Below are positions 30,411 to 40,189 of a stretch of DNA of 64,000 nt, piece after piece (the stretch's first letter is position 1; every line of letters starts with the position of its first letter). The notes beneath the pieces are model-generated. The model made no database searches, had not been told where the DNA came from, and saw nothing but the letters and a program-made list of their open reading frames with translations. Made by a program: the position numbers and the translations under genes. Origin of the DNA: a virus; the IMG/VR virus record IMGVR_UViG_3300047548_001271, positions 93,443-157,442 of that record. The stretch is one strand, 5' to 3'.

Positions 30411-31322
30411 TTAATGATTGAGTTTGCTACGAACTTCTTGTAATGAATACTCCTTCAGAATATTAGAATCTCTAAAGATTTCAACAAGTTCGCCTTGAGA
30501 CTCTTGTTCTGGAGTGCAGTTGTTCACTAGAGATAGTTTACCATCATTCCTTACTACTGACAATAGTCCTTTTGCAGATTTTTTAGTTCCGTTATCAGTT
30601 TTTGGGTCTTTCCAGATTGGTTTTGCTTCGCCATTGATCTGCACCCAAGTCGCCTTACACGCAATACTGAATGTATCACGAGTATTGTACTGGTAAGTAT
30701 AGCTTCCAACGCCGAATACAACATTAGTTGATGCAAAACCTTTAGCTTCCAATCGCTCGCAAATTCTCTTACAACGATCAAGAGTTATACTGTCTCCGTA
30801 AATCAGACCAATATGAGAATCTAGTTCAATATAACCCTTAGAATTCTGTGTACCACCAAAAACATCATAAAGTCTTTCTACAGCACCTTCAACTTCTGAT
30901 TGTGAGACGATTTTACCTTCTGGTGTTACATAGTCACCGTCTATTGTGAGCAAGCACTCAACACCATCAAATGCCTTCATAACATACGATGCACTATCCA
31001 ACTTCTTTAAGAGCTTTTTAGTTGTCAACCCACAACTATCAAATGTGTAACCAGTCAAGATTTTAACTGGGTCTCCGCTGTCAGGTCGGATAACAACCTT
31101 CCCATTTCGATTCATGATTTGATCTTTAATCGAAGGAAGAAGATTGTCAATTACAGACCAAAAATCCCATGTATCACTTACAATTGATACAATTCCTTCT
31201 GGATAAACATCTTGAATTAAACGTAGAAACATGCCTCTTTCATTATAAGACAGAATTTGTGATTGATATTTTTCAATATCTTGTTTAGTTACTGATCTAG
31301 TTCTTGTGATTGGTGTATTCAT
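30411..31322 (-). CDS. nadV: nicotinamide phosphoribosyltransferase-like, C-terminal half
   Basis: VSIVSDTWD, VIRPDSGDP, GLIYGDSIT, VFGVGS, RDTF, KDPKTD..KKSAKG; start at MNTP is uncertain. Confidence 0.85.
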   Translation of the reverse strand: MNTPITRTRSVTKQDIEKYQSQILSYNERGMFLRLIQDVYPEGIVSIVSDTWDFWSVIDNLLPSIKDQIMNRNGKVVIRPDSGDPVKILTGYTFDSCGLTTKKLLKKLDSASYVMKAFDGVECLLTIDGDYVTPEGKIVSQSEVEGAVERLYDVFGGTQNSKGYIELDSHIGLIYGDSITLDRCKRICERLEAKGFASTNVVFGVGSYTYQYNTRDTFSIACKATWVQINGEAKPIWKDPKTDNGTKKSAKGLLSVVRNDGKLSLVNNCTPEQESQGELVEIFRDSNILKEYSLQEVRSKLNH

Positions 31323-31356
31323 ATATAACAGCACTTTCGGAACAATGGAGAATAAA

Positions 31357-31950
31357 ATGAAGAAATGTGGACATTGCAAAGAATTAAAACCATTAGAATC
31401 GTTTTGTAAAAATAAACGATGTAAAGATGGATATCATTATACTTGCAAACAATGCGTTAATAAATCGTGCTCAACAGAAGAGTACAAAACAAAACGTAAA
31501 TTGTATTATCATACTTGTGAAAAATATAAACTTAGAAAAATATCACAATCTACTAAAGTTAGAAAAGTGGAGTATGATAAAATTTATAGAAAAAAGAACG
31601 CGGATAAGATAAAAATACAAAAACGTGATTGGGAAAAATTGCATAAAAATGATCCTATATTTAAAATTAAAAGAAACCTAAGAAGAAGAATCAACCATTT
31701 AGTTAGGGGTCAAAAATCAGATAAAACTTTTAACTTAATAGGTTGCAACGCCGAAGAATTCAAAAAACATATAGAATCTCAGTTTTTAGAAGGAATGTCT
31801 TGGGATAACTATGGAGAATGGCACATTGATCATATAGTTGAATGCTTTAGATTTGATTTAACAGATTTTGAAAATCAAAAAAAATGTTTTCATTATACCA
31901 ATCAAAGGCCACTATGGAAGAAAGATAATCTTACTAGAAAACGAATTTAG
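31357..31950 (+). CDS. HNH/endonuclease VII-like homing endonuclease, antisense insertion in the NAMPT-like gene
   Basis: GGAG RBS; N-terminal CxxC..CKQC; GMSWDNYGEWHIDHI...HYTNQRPLW..DN. Confidence 0.85.
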   Translation: MKKCGHCKELKPLESFCKNKRCKDGYHYTCKQCVNKSCSTEEYKTKRKLYYHTCEKYKLRKISQSTKVRKVEYDKIYRKKNADKIKIQKRDWEKLHKNDPIFKIKRNLRRRINHLVRGQKSDKTFNLIGCNAEEFKKHIESQFLEGMSWDNYGEWHIDHIVECFRFDLTDFENQKKCFHYTNQRPLWKKDNLTRKRI

Positions 31951-32761
31951 AAAACTCCCATTCATTAGTTTTTTCATTATAAACTTCTACTATTTCTTTT
32001 GGGTTATGCAAAGATCCATGGGCACAACAGACTGCGTGTTCTGTGGCTGGGACGCTCGCCCCAACAAGCTCATTCTCAACATCAGCTTTATAATATTCTT
32101 CAAGAAATTCAATTGCTGTGATAGTGTCAGTCCCAGAAAATGAGAGCAAATGACCAGCACCAGAGACAGAACCACTTTCTACAGAAGACATGCCCCTCAT
32201 TGAGAAATCATGACCTTGCCAATCCACAAACGCCGGATTATCAGAAGTCTTATTCGCGTAGGAGTCAAGAACCTTTCTGTACTCATGAGCAATAGTTGCA
32301 GATGTAATTGCCTGCCAAATTACAGTTTGAGTTAGTGTTTCAACAAAATTTGTCAACCAGTAAAACTCTGGTTTTGTGTTGACAATTGTCATGAATGGAA
32401 CACCTACTGGGCAGAGAGTTCCTTCTGGCAAAGCCTTGATTGACAACGGCAAATACTGGAGATCGTGCAGTGCGGCAATCCTTTCAGCATTCACTGATCC
32501 TTTACCAAGAGTATTGTCCATCATCCGCAAAAACTTGTTTACAACAACTTCTTTTGGTTGACTGAAAAACTCTTTGTCAAATCTATCTACGAGGTATTCT
32601 TTCACTAGATATTGAAGACCGAAAACAACAACCTCGTTAACGCCGCTCAACCTCGAAGATCGTGGCGTGGTATTTGAGTATACAAACTCAGTTCCTGGTG
32701 GATATTGATCTGGGTGGGATTGCTTGTAAAAGTCAGAGATAAACAATGGGAAGTTTTTCAT
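31934..32761 (-). CDS. nadV: nicotinamide phosphoribosyltransferase-like, N-terminal half
   Basis: DFYKQSH..QYP, FGLQY, ALPEG, HDFSMRG, GTDT, SVPATEH. Confidence 0.88.
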   Translation of the reverse strand: MKNFPLFISDFYKQSHPDQYPPGTEFVYSNTTPRSSRLSGVNEVVVFGLQYLVKEYLVDRFDKEFFSQPKEVVVNKFLRMMDNTLGKGSVNAERIAALHDLQYLPLSIKALPEGTLCPVGVPFMTIVNTKPEFYWLTNFVETLTQTVIWQAITSATIAHEYRKVLDSYANKTSDNPAFVDWQGHDFSMRGMSSVESGSVSGAGHLLSFSGTDTITAIEFLEEYYKADVENELVGASVPATEHAVCCAHGSLHNPKEIVEVYNEKTNEWEFSKFVF

Positions 32762-33636
32762 TTTGAAATCCTTGAAAGAAAACAGAATTGTTTGGTACGC
32801 AAATTGTTCCAGCAGTAGATTGAATTATACCCGGAGTCTAAGACTATGTCAACACCTTTCGAGAAAATTCCATGGGAAACATAGAGATGAAGAGATTTAA
32901 AATTATCAAGTTTTTTAGCCACTTCGATGAATGTACGTCCACCATCGCAAATGTCATCAACTACAAGAATGTTTTTCCCTTTAGTTGAAACTTCATCAAC
33001 CGGCTCTATCCCTAGAATATTACCAGTAGATTGATCTCTAACTTTTGAGAAGTGCAAGCTTTCAACTTGTTTAGCGAACTGCTCGTTTCTTATTTTTAAA
33101 AGAGTTTTGTATCTATCCATTGCTCCTTTATCTGGATAAATAACAATATCAATCTTTTCTTGTTCAATGATATGGTTAATTGTTCCTAGCGGTAGTTCAT
33201 CTTTAAGTGTTACTCTTGATGTATCAATAAGACCCGAAAGAGCTTTAAAGTTATGCACATCAAAAGTTTTTAAAGAGGAAATTTTATTATTTAAAACATC
33301 GCACAATGTTTTTAAAGCAAAGCAACTATCATTTGAAACGCTCTTATCTTGTCTAGCATATGGAAAATAGGGAACAGATAAATGTATCTCTGATTTTTCA
33401 ATTGATTGAATAAGATCTATTAGCTGAAAAAGTTGAAAAACTTCAGCTTCAGATTCAAACAACCAATCAACATTAACTTTTGAAGCCTCAATTGTTTGAT
33501 AAGTATTATAAAACCCTCCGTTTAATATTACTTTTCTTTGCGTTGACTTGAGGATATCATCGCTCAAATGCCAAATTTGAGATGTTCCATCTGGAAAAAC
33601 TGTTGGAGTTACTACATAACCATTAACTAAAAACAT
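32758..33636 (-). CDS. prs: ribose-phosphate pyrophosphokinase-like protein (Prs/Adps-type)
   Basis: FPDGT, PYFPYARQDK, PDKGA, VVDDICDGGRTF, VSHGIFS. Confidence 0.88.
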   Translation of the reverse strand: MFLVNGYVVTPTVFPDGTSQIWHLSDDILKSTQRKVILNGGFYNTYQTIEASKVNVDWLFESEAEVFQLFQLIDLIQSIEKSEIHLSVPYFPYARQDKSVSNDSCFALKTLCDVLNNKISSLKTFDVHNFKALSGLIDTSRVTLKDELPLGTINHIIEQEKIDIVIYPDKGAMDRYKTLLKIRNEQFAKQVESLHFSKVRDQSTGNILGIEPVDEVSTKGKNILVVDDICDGGRTFIEVAKKLDNFKSLHLYVSHGIFSKGVDIVLDSGYNSIYCWNNLRTKQFCFLSRISK

Positions 33637-33894
33637 TTATTTTTTCCTTAAAAAATTCTTTATCGATGAAAACATTAATCCAAAAAACCAAACAAACGAG
33701 GAAAACACTAACACAAAAAACACAACAAATAAGTAAGCTATTAATAAAAATAAGAGCAAGGCGAAATCAAAATACAGAGGCAAAAATACAATCCAATAAG
33801 AAATATCTGTAAACCCAAATATTTTAGCAGTAAACATAATCAAAAAACATGCTATTGGTATTGAATACGGCATTGATTCTGACTTATTTTTCAT
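33637..33894 (-). CDS. small membrane protein
   Basis: Multiple hydrophobic helices (SYWIVFLPL). Confidence 0.55.
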   Translation of the reverse strand: MKNKSESMPYSIPIACFLIMFTAKIFGFTDISYWIVFLPLYFDFALLLFLLIAYLFVVFFVLVFSSFVWFFGLMFSSIKNFLRKK

Positions 33895-34919
33895 AATATT
33901 TTTCCATCAAGATCGTTTTTAGGTTGGCCATTTTTTGACCGAAGATTTCCATTAGCATCAACCCAAAGATATCTATCCTTTAATCTTAATCTTCCTCCTC
34001 GCCAGTTGCCAGAGAGAAGTATATCATCGTTTGGCCCTAATGCAAGTGTATTTTGTGAATTTCTCGAAAGCGTCACGTCATCGAAAGACAATACTTGACA
34101 ACTTAGATCATTAATATGAGATCTTTGCATCCAATTATTATAGTTGTTTTTTGACGACCTTTCGTATTCAGCCGCAGCTATCATATAATTGTCGCCGTTA
34201 GATCCTAGACTTGGTCCATCAATCCTTTTTTTACTGAATAATCTAGTGTTAAGTATACTAGTATTAATACATGATTCACCCAAAAATATATCACATTTAT
34301 TCGACTCAAAATATCCACTATTTAACATAGTCGCGGTGCATTGTTTAATTTCAAAACCATTTAATTCGTTTTTTTCAGCTCCACATGAAATAAAATTACA
34401 TGCGACTGAGCCGTTAACATAAAATCCAGTCTGATTAAAATTAGCAATACACTGCTCAAAGGTGTTATTATTTATACGTGGTGGCTCTTTGTCAATATCA
34501 ACTGTTATGAAAAAAAATCCATATTTTGAGAATGAGCACTTAACATTTTTAAATATAGAATAATACGTTGATTGATTTACTTTTGCTAAAATCGAAAGTC
34601 CGCAATCAAAACCGTCTAAAACTAAATTAGATAATGTGCTATGCCAAATACCATTAATTAAAATACCAATACTCTGAGTATTAATATCTTTTTTTAATGT
34701 CAAATCCGAAATCTCAATATTTTTAAGAACTGAGTTAGTTGGTGTTGATATAGCAGCTCCAACTCGTGATTCAATTACAGAGTTAGAACCTAAAAACTTT
34801 TGACCATTAGATACTAGTTTTAGTTCTTCTGTGAGTACATAATTCCCTTTACTGAGTGTGACAGATTCTCCATCACCCAATAAGTCAGCAGCTTCTTCAA
34901 TATTTGAAGTATATCTCAT
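33891..34919 (-). CDS. pectin-lyase-like parallel beta-helix protein
   Basis: GNYVL, repeated Asn-ladder strands (NNNTF..C.ANFNQTGFYV, YFESN). Confidence 0.65.
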   Translation of the reverse strand: MRYTSNIEEAADLLGDGESVTLSKGNYVLTEELKLVSNGQKFLGSNSVIESRVGAAISTPTNSVLKNIEISDLTLKKDINTQSIGILINGIWHSTLSNLVLDGFDCGLSILAKVNQSTYYSIFKNVKCSFSKYGFFFITVDIDKEPPRINNNTFEQCIANFNQTGFYVNGSVACNFISCGAEKNELNGFEIKQCTATMLNSGYFESNKCDIFLGESCINTSILNTRLFSKKRIDGPSLGSNGDNYMIAAAEYERSSKNNYNNWMQRSHINDLSCQVLSFDDVTLSRNSQNTLALGPNDDILLSGNWRGGRLRLKDRYLWVDANGNLRSKNGQPKNDLDGKIL

Positions 34920-35374
34920 TTAAAATCATCCAAACAAACATATTCTGAGAAGCAAACTCCGCCACGCCCTGATCGATCAGAAGTGGAATCAACCCACCCA
35001 ACAAAAACAAGAGGGAATTTCATTAGAGGCTTGTCATAAGAGTTAATTTTTAACAATTCTCTACTGCTTAATTCATCATCTAAATCTTCAACGAAAAAGA
35101 AATCATACAAATGATTTGTTCCAATATTAGCTAAAGCATTTTTAATCTCTATCTTTTGATCTGCATAATCATCTCTACATTTCATATAGTGATCAAAAGA
35201 TGACTTAACCTCTTCAGTCCATTCAATGTTTTTATGTCCATTTTTTGCTGCGTTAAAAAATGGCTCTAGTAATGGAAGATCTTCCTTGTTCCAAATATTA
35301 CAGTCAAAACTGATCCAAGACCAAGCAAAATCTAGGAATTCTTGTTCAGTTTTAAATAATTTTTTGATAATCAC
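34916..35374 (-). CDS. hypothetical phage protein
   Basis: ORF coupled to its neighbours. Confidence 0.55.
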   Translation of the reverse strand: MIIKKLFKTEQEFLDFAWSWISFDCNIWNKEDLPLLEPFFNAAKNGHKNIEWTEEVKSSFDHYMKCRDDYADQKIEIKNALANIGTNHLYDFFFVEDLDDELSSRELLKINSYDKPLMKFPLVFVGWVDSTSDRSGRGGVCFSEYVCLDDFK

Positions 35375-35830
35375 TTATAACTCCATTAATATGTATAGTG
35401 AACTAGCTAAAATAATAACATTTTGAATTTCTGCAAAATAACCACAAAACTCAATGTATTTATGCTTATCATATTTTTTGATTATTTGTTCGCATTGAAC
35501 AAATTCTTCATCTTGATAATGTAATTGATTTTTATTTTGTAGTATTGATTTGATTAATTCGGCATCGTTCTTACTCATTGGTGGAAGAACTTGAACATTT
35601 CCATCAGTTCTGCCAAATGTGCCACCATCAGAAAATATTACGGCTACAAAATATGGATTGTCTATGTTTGTTTCATAACTACTTGTTAAATTAAGCAAGT
35701 TCTTATTTTTATTTGAAATAGAAAACTCATGATCAGTATATGCGTCATGGTTAAAACCAGACCAGTCTTCTGAATTAAAGTCTTGTTGATAGATTTTGTA
35801 ATTACTTTTACAGTAAATGTAATAAACCAT
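35375..35830 (-). CDS. hypothetical phage protein
   Basis: SDGGTFGRT-type motif seen in small phage proteins. Confidence 0.55.
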   Translation of the reverse strand: MVYYIYCKSNYKIYQQDFNSEDWSGFNHDAYTDHEFSISNKNKNLLNLTSSYETNIDNPYFVAVIFSDGGTFGRTDGNVQVLPPMSKNDAELIKSILQNKNQLHYQDEEFVQCEQIIKKYDKHKYIEFCGYFAEIQNVIILASSLYILMEL

Positions 35831-36552
35831 ATATTTTTTCTATTTATAGCTGTCAATATTCTAAACTAGCTTCATTAATTCATCACAGATTTGTTTTGCG
35901 TTTTTCATACAAACATAAGCAGATCCAGTTGGACCAGCATTGAAAATAAATTTTATACACTGAGTACCTTTTTTGATGTTTGGTGATCTATCATCTTCAT
36001 CACAACAGCAATAATGACATTTTACATTATCTGTTGTTGTAACTAAAGCTGGAGAATCTTTCCTACCAAAAGAACTAAAAACTTTCATTTTTCTATTCCT
36101 ATACTTGGCAATTTTGCCCAGCCAATTCCTTCAAAGTTTACCCAGTTTCCACGCCAATCTTTCTTGTGTTTTTTCCATATTCCTAACGCACAATTAGGAG
36201 GCTCATTAAGTATTCTCAACTCTTTTTGTTTGTTTACACAAATAAAGAATTTGCCATCTCTTGGTCTAGTCTCCCAAGGTAGAATACTTATTTTACACAT
36301 AGTTATCAATCTCTTCTAGCAATGCATGATTTTTGTGATATTGAGAATTTAGTGAATCCCAAACTTTTCTAGCATGAGTTCTTAATGCTAAAATTTCTGA
36401 TTCGCTTAGTTCTCTATCTATATAGAAATTCTGACAAAACAACTCTATATCAAAAGTATAGAAATCAAAATTTGGCCCACGATTTTCAGGGTCTTTCATA
36501 ATATTATGAAAAGATGTTGCTAGTCGTTCAGTGTATTCAATGTATCCCATAA

Positions 36553-36882
36553 TCACCACCAAATATCAATTAGATATTTACCTTCTTTGATTATCCCCTT
36601 AAAGCAAAGATGATTCAGCATATCCTCTGTGAAACAGATTGGCCATTCTCCATTTTCAATTTCATCAAGTTTAGACTTACAATAACTTGAAAAATCTTCT
36701 GGTTTTACCGTCAACTCCCAAGAGTCCCCATTATCTTTATCCTCAGAAGATGGAATTTCGTATCCATCTTCATGTCTTTCGTTTTTAAAATATTTATCAA
36801 TTAAGTCTTGAACTGATTCAAAATCAACGGTAATGAATGTTTTTGACTCACATTTATCTTGAAATTCAACATCTAATGACAT
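36553..36882 (-). CDS. hypothetical phage protein
   Basis: AGGA RBS; C-terminal LC..G.I.EGKYLIDIWW. Confidence 0.6.
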   Translation of the reverse strand: MSLDVEFQDKCESKTFITVDFESVQDLIDKYFKNERHEDGYEIPSSEDKDNGDSWELTVKPEDFSSYCKSKLDEIENGEWPICFTEDMLNHLCFKGIIKEGKYLIDIWW

Positions 36883-36921
36883 AATCTTATCCTAATAAGA
36901 AGTAAAAAAAAAAAAAAAAAC

Positions 36922-36994
36922 AGCCACCAGCAGGACTCGAACCTGCAACCCCCTGTTTACAAGACAGGTTCTCTACCAATTGAGATATGGTGGC
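36922..36994 (-). tRNA. tRNA-Thr(UGU)
   Basis: CCTGT-CTTGTAA-ACAGG anticodon arm; canonical cloverleaf. Confidence 0.92.
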
Positions 36995-37399
36995 AAAAAT
37001 CAAATCTCTCTATCTCTTATAGAGAGCCCACGACGAGCCCTCCTAACCAAGTCAAATCGTGGGCTTTGGTTGAATCTTACATTCAGTTCATACCAAATGC
37101 AAGAGTGAAGTCCAAAAAATTTCCAATCAACTAAAGCCAAAAGTAAAAATGAAAGAAAAATGTAGTAGATCATCTAAAAAGACTCCCATTCTTCTAGTTC
37201 AAACAAGTTATAAATAGCATCATACAACGCTTTGTTTCTTTTTTCTCTTTCTTCTTGTGTATTTACATACGGATTAATTTTATCGCGTTGAATTCCGTGT
37301 ACATTTGCTAAATAATCATGCACTCGCTTATAAGCGGAATTAACCACGTCTTTATCGGGTAAATCTGGACCTGCAACTGGCATATAAAATCCTTTAAAA

Positions 37400-38101
37400 T
37401 TAAGTAATAGCTAAGTTAGGAAAAGCATAATTCCAATGAATAATAACACTAGGATCAGAAATCTTGCTTCGCATAAGTTCTTCATCTCCAATATCAATAG
37501 CCCAGCAATAAGCCCAGTAGTTAGTAACTCGATCTCGCATAATTTCTCGATCTCCGATATAACAAGCCCATTTATAAGCCGATTCCTCATCGACTTTATC
37601 AATTACAATATGTCTATCATATGGATGACGCCAAGCCCATAAAGTGGCAGAGTTTCCAGTAAATTTATGAACCATAATTTCTTTATCGCCAATATTAACA
37701 GACCACATATAAGCATCATAGTCATTCACTCGATCTCGCATTATTTCCTTGTCTCCAATGTTAATAGCCCAATCATAAGCCGAACTTGAGTCAGTAGCCA
37801 TTACATTTGCAAATTTATGCAAGCCATCAGAGCTGCCACGGTAAATAATTTTGCCTGTACGGAATTTGCATTTACGATCATCAATATCAACTAAATCCGC
37901 CTCATCGACATCAATAACCAACCAATCATCCCCATCGAGCAGGTCCCAATTACCATTACCGTTTTTAAGACCATGAAGTCCTCCACCGCATACCGCTTCA
38001 GGATCCCAGTCTGGACAAGTGACAGTGTCGCCGGCTTGACCATAAAAAAAATCATTACGAGAGGAACCATCAGATTTACATTTGCGAAGAACAAGAGCCA
38101 T
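37400..38101 (-). CDS. protein with N-terminal CGGGLHG domain and about 22-aa tandem repeats
   Basis: GGAGG RBS; repeats AYxWAxxIGDxEIMRxxV. Confidence 0.75.
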   Translation of the reverse strand: MALVLRKCKSDGSSRNDFFYGQAGDTVTCPDWDPEAVCGGGLHGLKNGNGNWDLLDGDDWLVIDVDEADLVDIDDRKCKFRTGKIIYRGSSDGLHKFANVMATDSSSAYDWAINIGDKEIMRDRVNDYDAYMWSVNIGDKEIMVHKFTGNSATLWAWRHPYDRHIVIDKVDEESAYKWACYIGDREIMRDRVTNYWAYCWAIDIGDEELMRSKISDPSVIIHWNYAFPNLAIT

Positions 38102-38102
38102 A

Positions 38103-38456
38103 TTAACCTCCATTAATAAGATTGATAAATTCTGTAAAAGGAGTTATTGTTTCTTTAGAATTACATTGAGTCGGAGTTGAATAAGTGAGATAAAAAAATA
38201 AACCAATTTGAAAAACCATTACAGCATAAACACAAATCTTGTACTTAGTGTTTAGTAGATAACAGCAAAAAAGACATGTCATTAATGTTGAAATGGATTT
38301 TGTAAAGATAAACACATTCACATCAAATCGTGAAATGATGTATCTACTAATTAAGCTCTGTTCAAGATAGTGTATATATTCGGCAAAAATTATTGTTAAG
38401 TATATATCATAGATTGATACTAAACCAATAATTAATACCGAGATATATTTTAGCAT
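38103..38456 (-). CDS. membrane protein
   Basis: Several TM helices. Confidence 0.55.
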   Translation of the reverse strand: MLKYISVLIIGLVSIYDIYLTIIFAEYIHYLEQSLISRYIISRFDVNVFIFTKSISTLMTCLFCCYLLNTKYKICVYAVMVFQIGLFFYLTYSTPTQCNSKETITPFTEFINLINGG

Positions 38457-38935
38457 GACTGTCTTTCTTCGTTTATCTTTTTGATGGCTCTGTCTTTGAT
38501 AGAGTGAACGTTTTGCTTAGCACATCCAAGCTTCGCAATTATACCATTCACATCCTCTCCGTCAAGCATCATTTGAATAATTTCCCTCTGTTTTTTGGTT
38601 ATTAATGAGAGTCTAGCATTTAATTCTTCAGCGTCTTCCATGCTGAGAAAGTCTTTGTTTGAGTAGGAAATATTATCAACTAAAGGAGAAAAACTCTTTC
38701 CAGAATTTCGTTTTTTCCTCATCAAACTTTCAATCAATCTTTTATATGTCCATCTTGTTGCCTTAACAATGATGGTTGTATCTTTAACGTTTGATCCTGT
38801 GTATGGATGCTTCAGCAAATACAAGGCTACTTCTTGCTGAAAATCTTCAAAAGGGATTGGCAGTCTCATATTAAATCTTTTTACTGCATACCTTACGAGT
38901 TTTCCAAATCTTTCACTACTAATTAGTTCTTGCAT
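38450..38935 (-). CDS. sigma70-family (ECF-like) sigma factor or region-4 HTH regulator
   Basis: EDFQQEVALYLL region 2-like; ITKKQREII...G....I..KLG..KQNV...KDRAIKKI region 4 HTH. Confidence 0.7.
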   Translation of the reverse strand: MQELISSERFGKLVRYAVKRFNMRLPIPFEDFQQEVALYLLKHPYTGSNVKDTTIIVKATRWTYKRLIESLMRKKRNSGKSFSPLVDNISYSNKDFLSMEDAEELNARLSLITKKQREIIQMMLDGEDVNGIIAKLGCAKQNVHSIKDRAIKKINEERQSC

Positions 38936-39465
38936 TTGTTTTCCTTGGAATGAGAATTTGAAGAGTGCTAGCAAAATACATCATGTTTCCCCAGCCTTTC
39001 TTTGAGTAGGCTGACGGGTATTGGATTGGTGTACCACCTTTTGTTCTCCAGCCACCAATTCTACCAGTTAACGTAGGTTTGTCAACATCAGCTTCTACTA
39101 CTGGAACATGATTTCCAACACCGAACATTTGTCTGTATTTAACTCTTTCTTTTCTTTTTACTTCTTCGTCAAGTCTTTCACCGAGTTTAATCCAGCTCAT
39201 TGTTTTTCCTTTAGTTGTAAAAAACGTAAAAATAGTTACGACAATCACAAACAAAATTTTCTCTATCTTCTGGAACTAAAAATCTCTCATAATCATTAAC
39301 TCCAGAAACTGGTTGTTTTCCAATCGGAAGTTCTTCAAGCTTATATAGCAAAGCTTTTTCTCCACCCGCAATTACTTTTGTACCAGCTTCAAAAGCCTCC
39401 TCATAAGTAGGGAAAAATAGTTGTCTTGGACAAGGTTCAGATTCACAAAACAAAACGTACATGAT

Positions 39466-39969
39466 TTATCCTTCTAGCCAAAGAGGTTTGGTTCTACCTT
39501 TTTTCCATTCACACTTAATATTTTTCATCTTATCAAAGATGTAGTAATTACGATAGGCAGTAACAGCATCTTGATTACGATATTCATCCGGCATTGCTTG
39601 AGCAAAATCTGTTAATTTTCCAATAGGAATATAGTTTAGCATATTTGACATTTGCAAAATTCCGGACTCACAAAAATGTTTTTTATTGTATCTGAAAGTG
39701 TATTCTTCTGCAAGAGCGATTGCATGAATGCAAGCCCATTCAAAATTTGCTCTACTATCGCCGCACCACCGAGTACATGGGTGGTTGTGATAACCGCCAA
39801 GAAGTGGCGAGCCAGACTTTGTAAAAGGCATTTGACTGTCTCTAGCACCATGACGACGAAGAGCAGACCCTAATTGCTGATATAGTTCTGTGACCATTTT
39901 AACGCAATGCTTGTCACAATGATTTTGAGCAGCGGTGACTGGGTCGCTATCAAGCACAAAAATATTCAT
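39466..39969 (-). CDS. pyrimidine-dimer DNA glycosylase / endonuclease V-like protein
   Basis: MNIFVLD.DP..AAQ.HCDKH.VKM, HHPCT.W, EYT.RY.K.H, QAMPD.Y, AYR.YY. Confidence 0.8.
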   Translation of the reverse strand: MNIFVLDSDPVTAAQNHCDKHCVKMVTELYQQLGSALRRHGARDSQMPFTKSGSPLLGGYHNHPCTRWCGDSRANFEWACIHAIALAEEYTFRYNKKHFCESGILQMSNMLNYIPIGKLTDFAQAMPDEYRNQDAVTAYRNYYIFDKMKNIKCEWKKGRTKPLWLEG

Positions 39970-39980
39970 GGCTAACTCCT

Positions 39981-40010
39981 AAAAAAGCGGGTAACAAACG
40001 CTACCCGCTT
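39981..40010 (-). terminator. rho-independent terminator
   Basis: AAGCGGGTAGCG-TTTG-TTACCCGCTT plus T run. Confidence 0.7.
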
Positions 40011-40189
40011 AGTTCATCTTCGTATAACGGGCGAGTCAATTGTACAACAACAAACTCGCTTAGTCAAATCTATTCTTGAAGAAATTCCCACTGAAAATCT
40101 GATCGACCTCGAAAAGGAATATATTCGTCATGAATTTCCCACCAAAGAGGCTCAACGAAATAATCTGAAGTGCTGTACATAATCATCTC

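Noticed and set aside
31326-31333. Plus-strand TAACAGCA upstream of the endonuclease gene
   Set aside because: No convincing flanking helix or AAAAC partner strand; probably chance
31240-32040. Split intein in the NAMPT-like gene (C-C-A-H after the N-half core; ILSYN before the C-half core)
   Set aside because: The extra segments total only about 55-60 aa, too short for a HINT fold, and the residue after Asn is Glu rather than Cys, Ser or Thr
31240-32040. Group I or II intron around the NAMPT endonuclease
   Set aside because: No P/Q/R/S elements or domain V, and the flanks are too short, unlike the clear trnL intron
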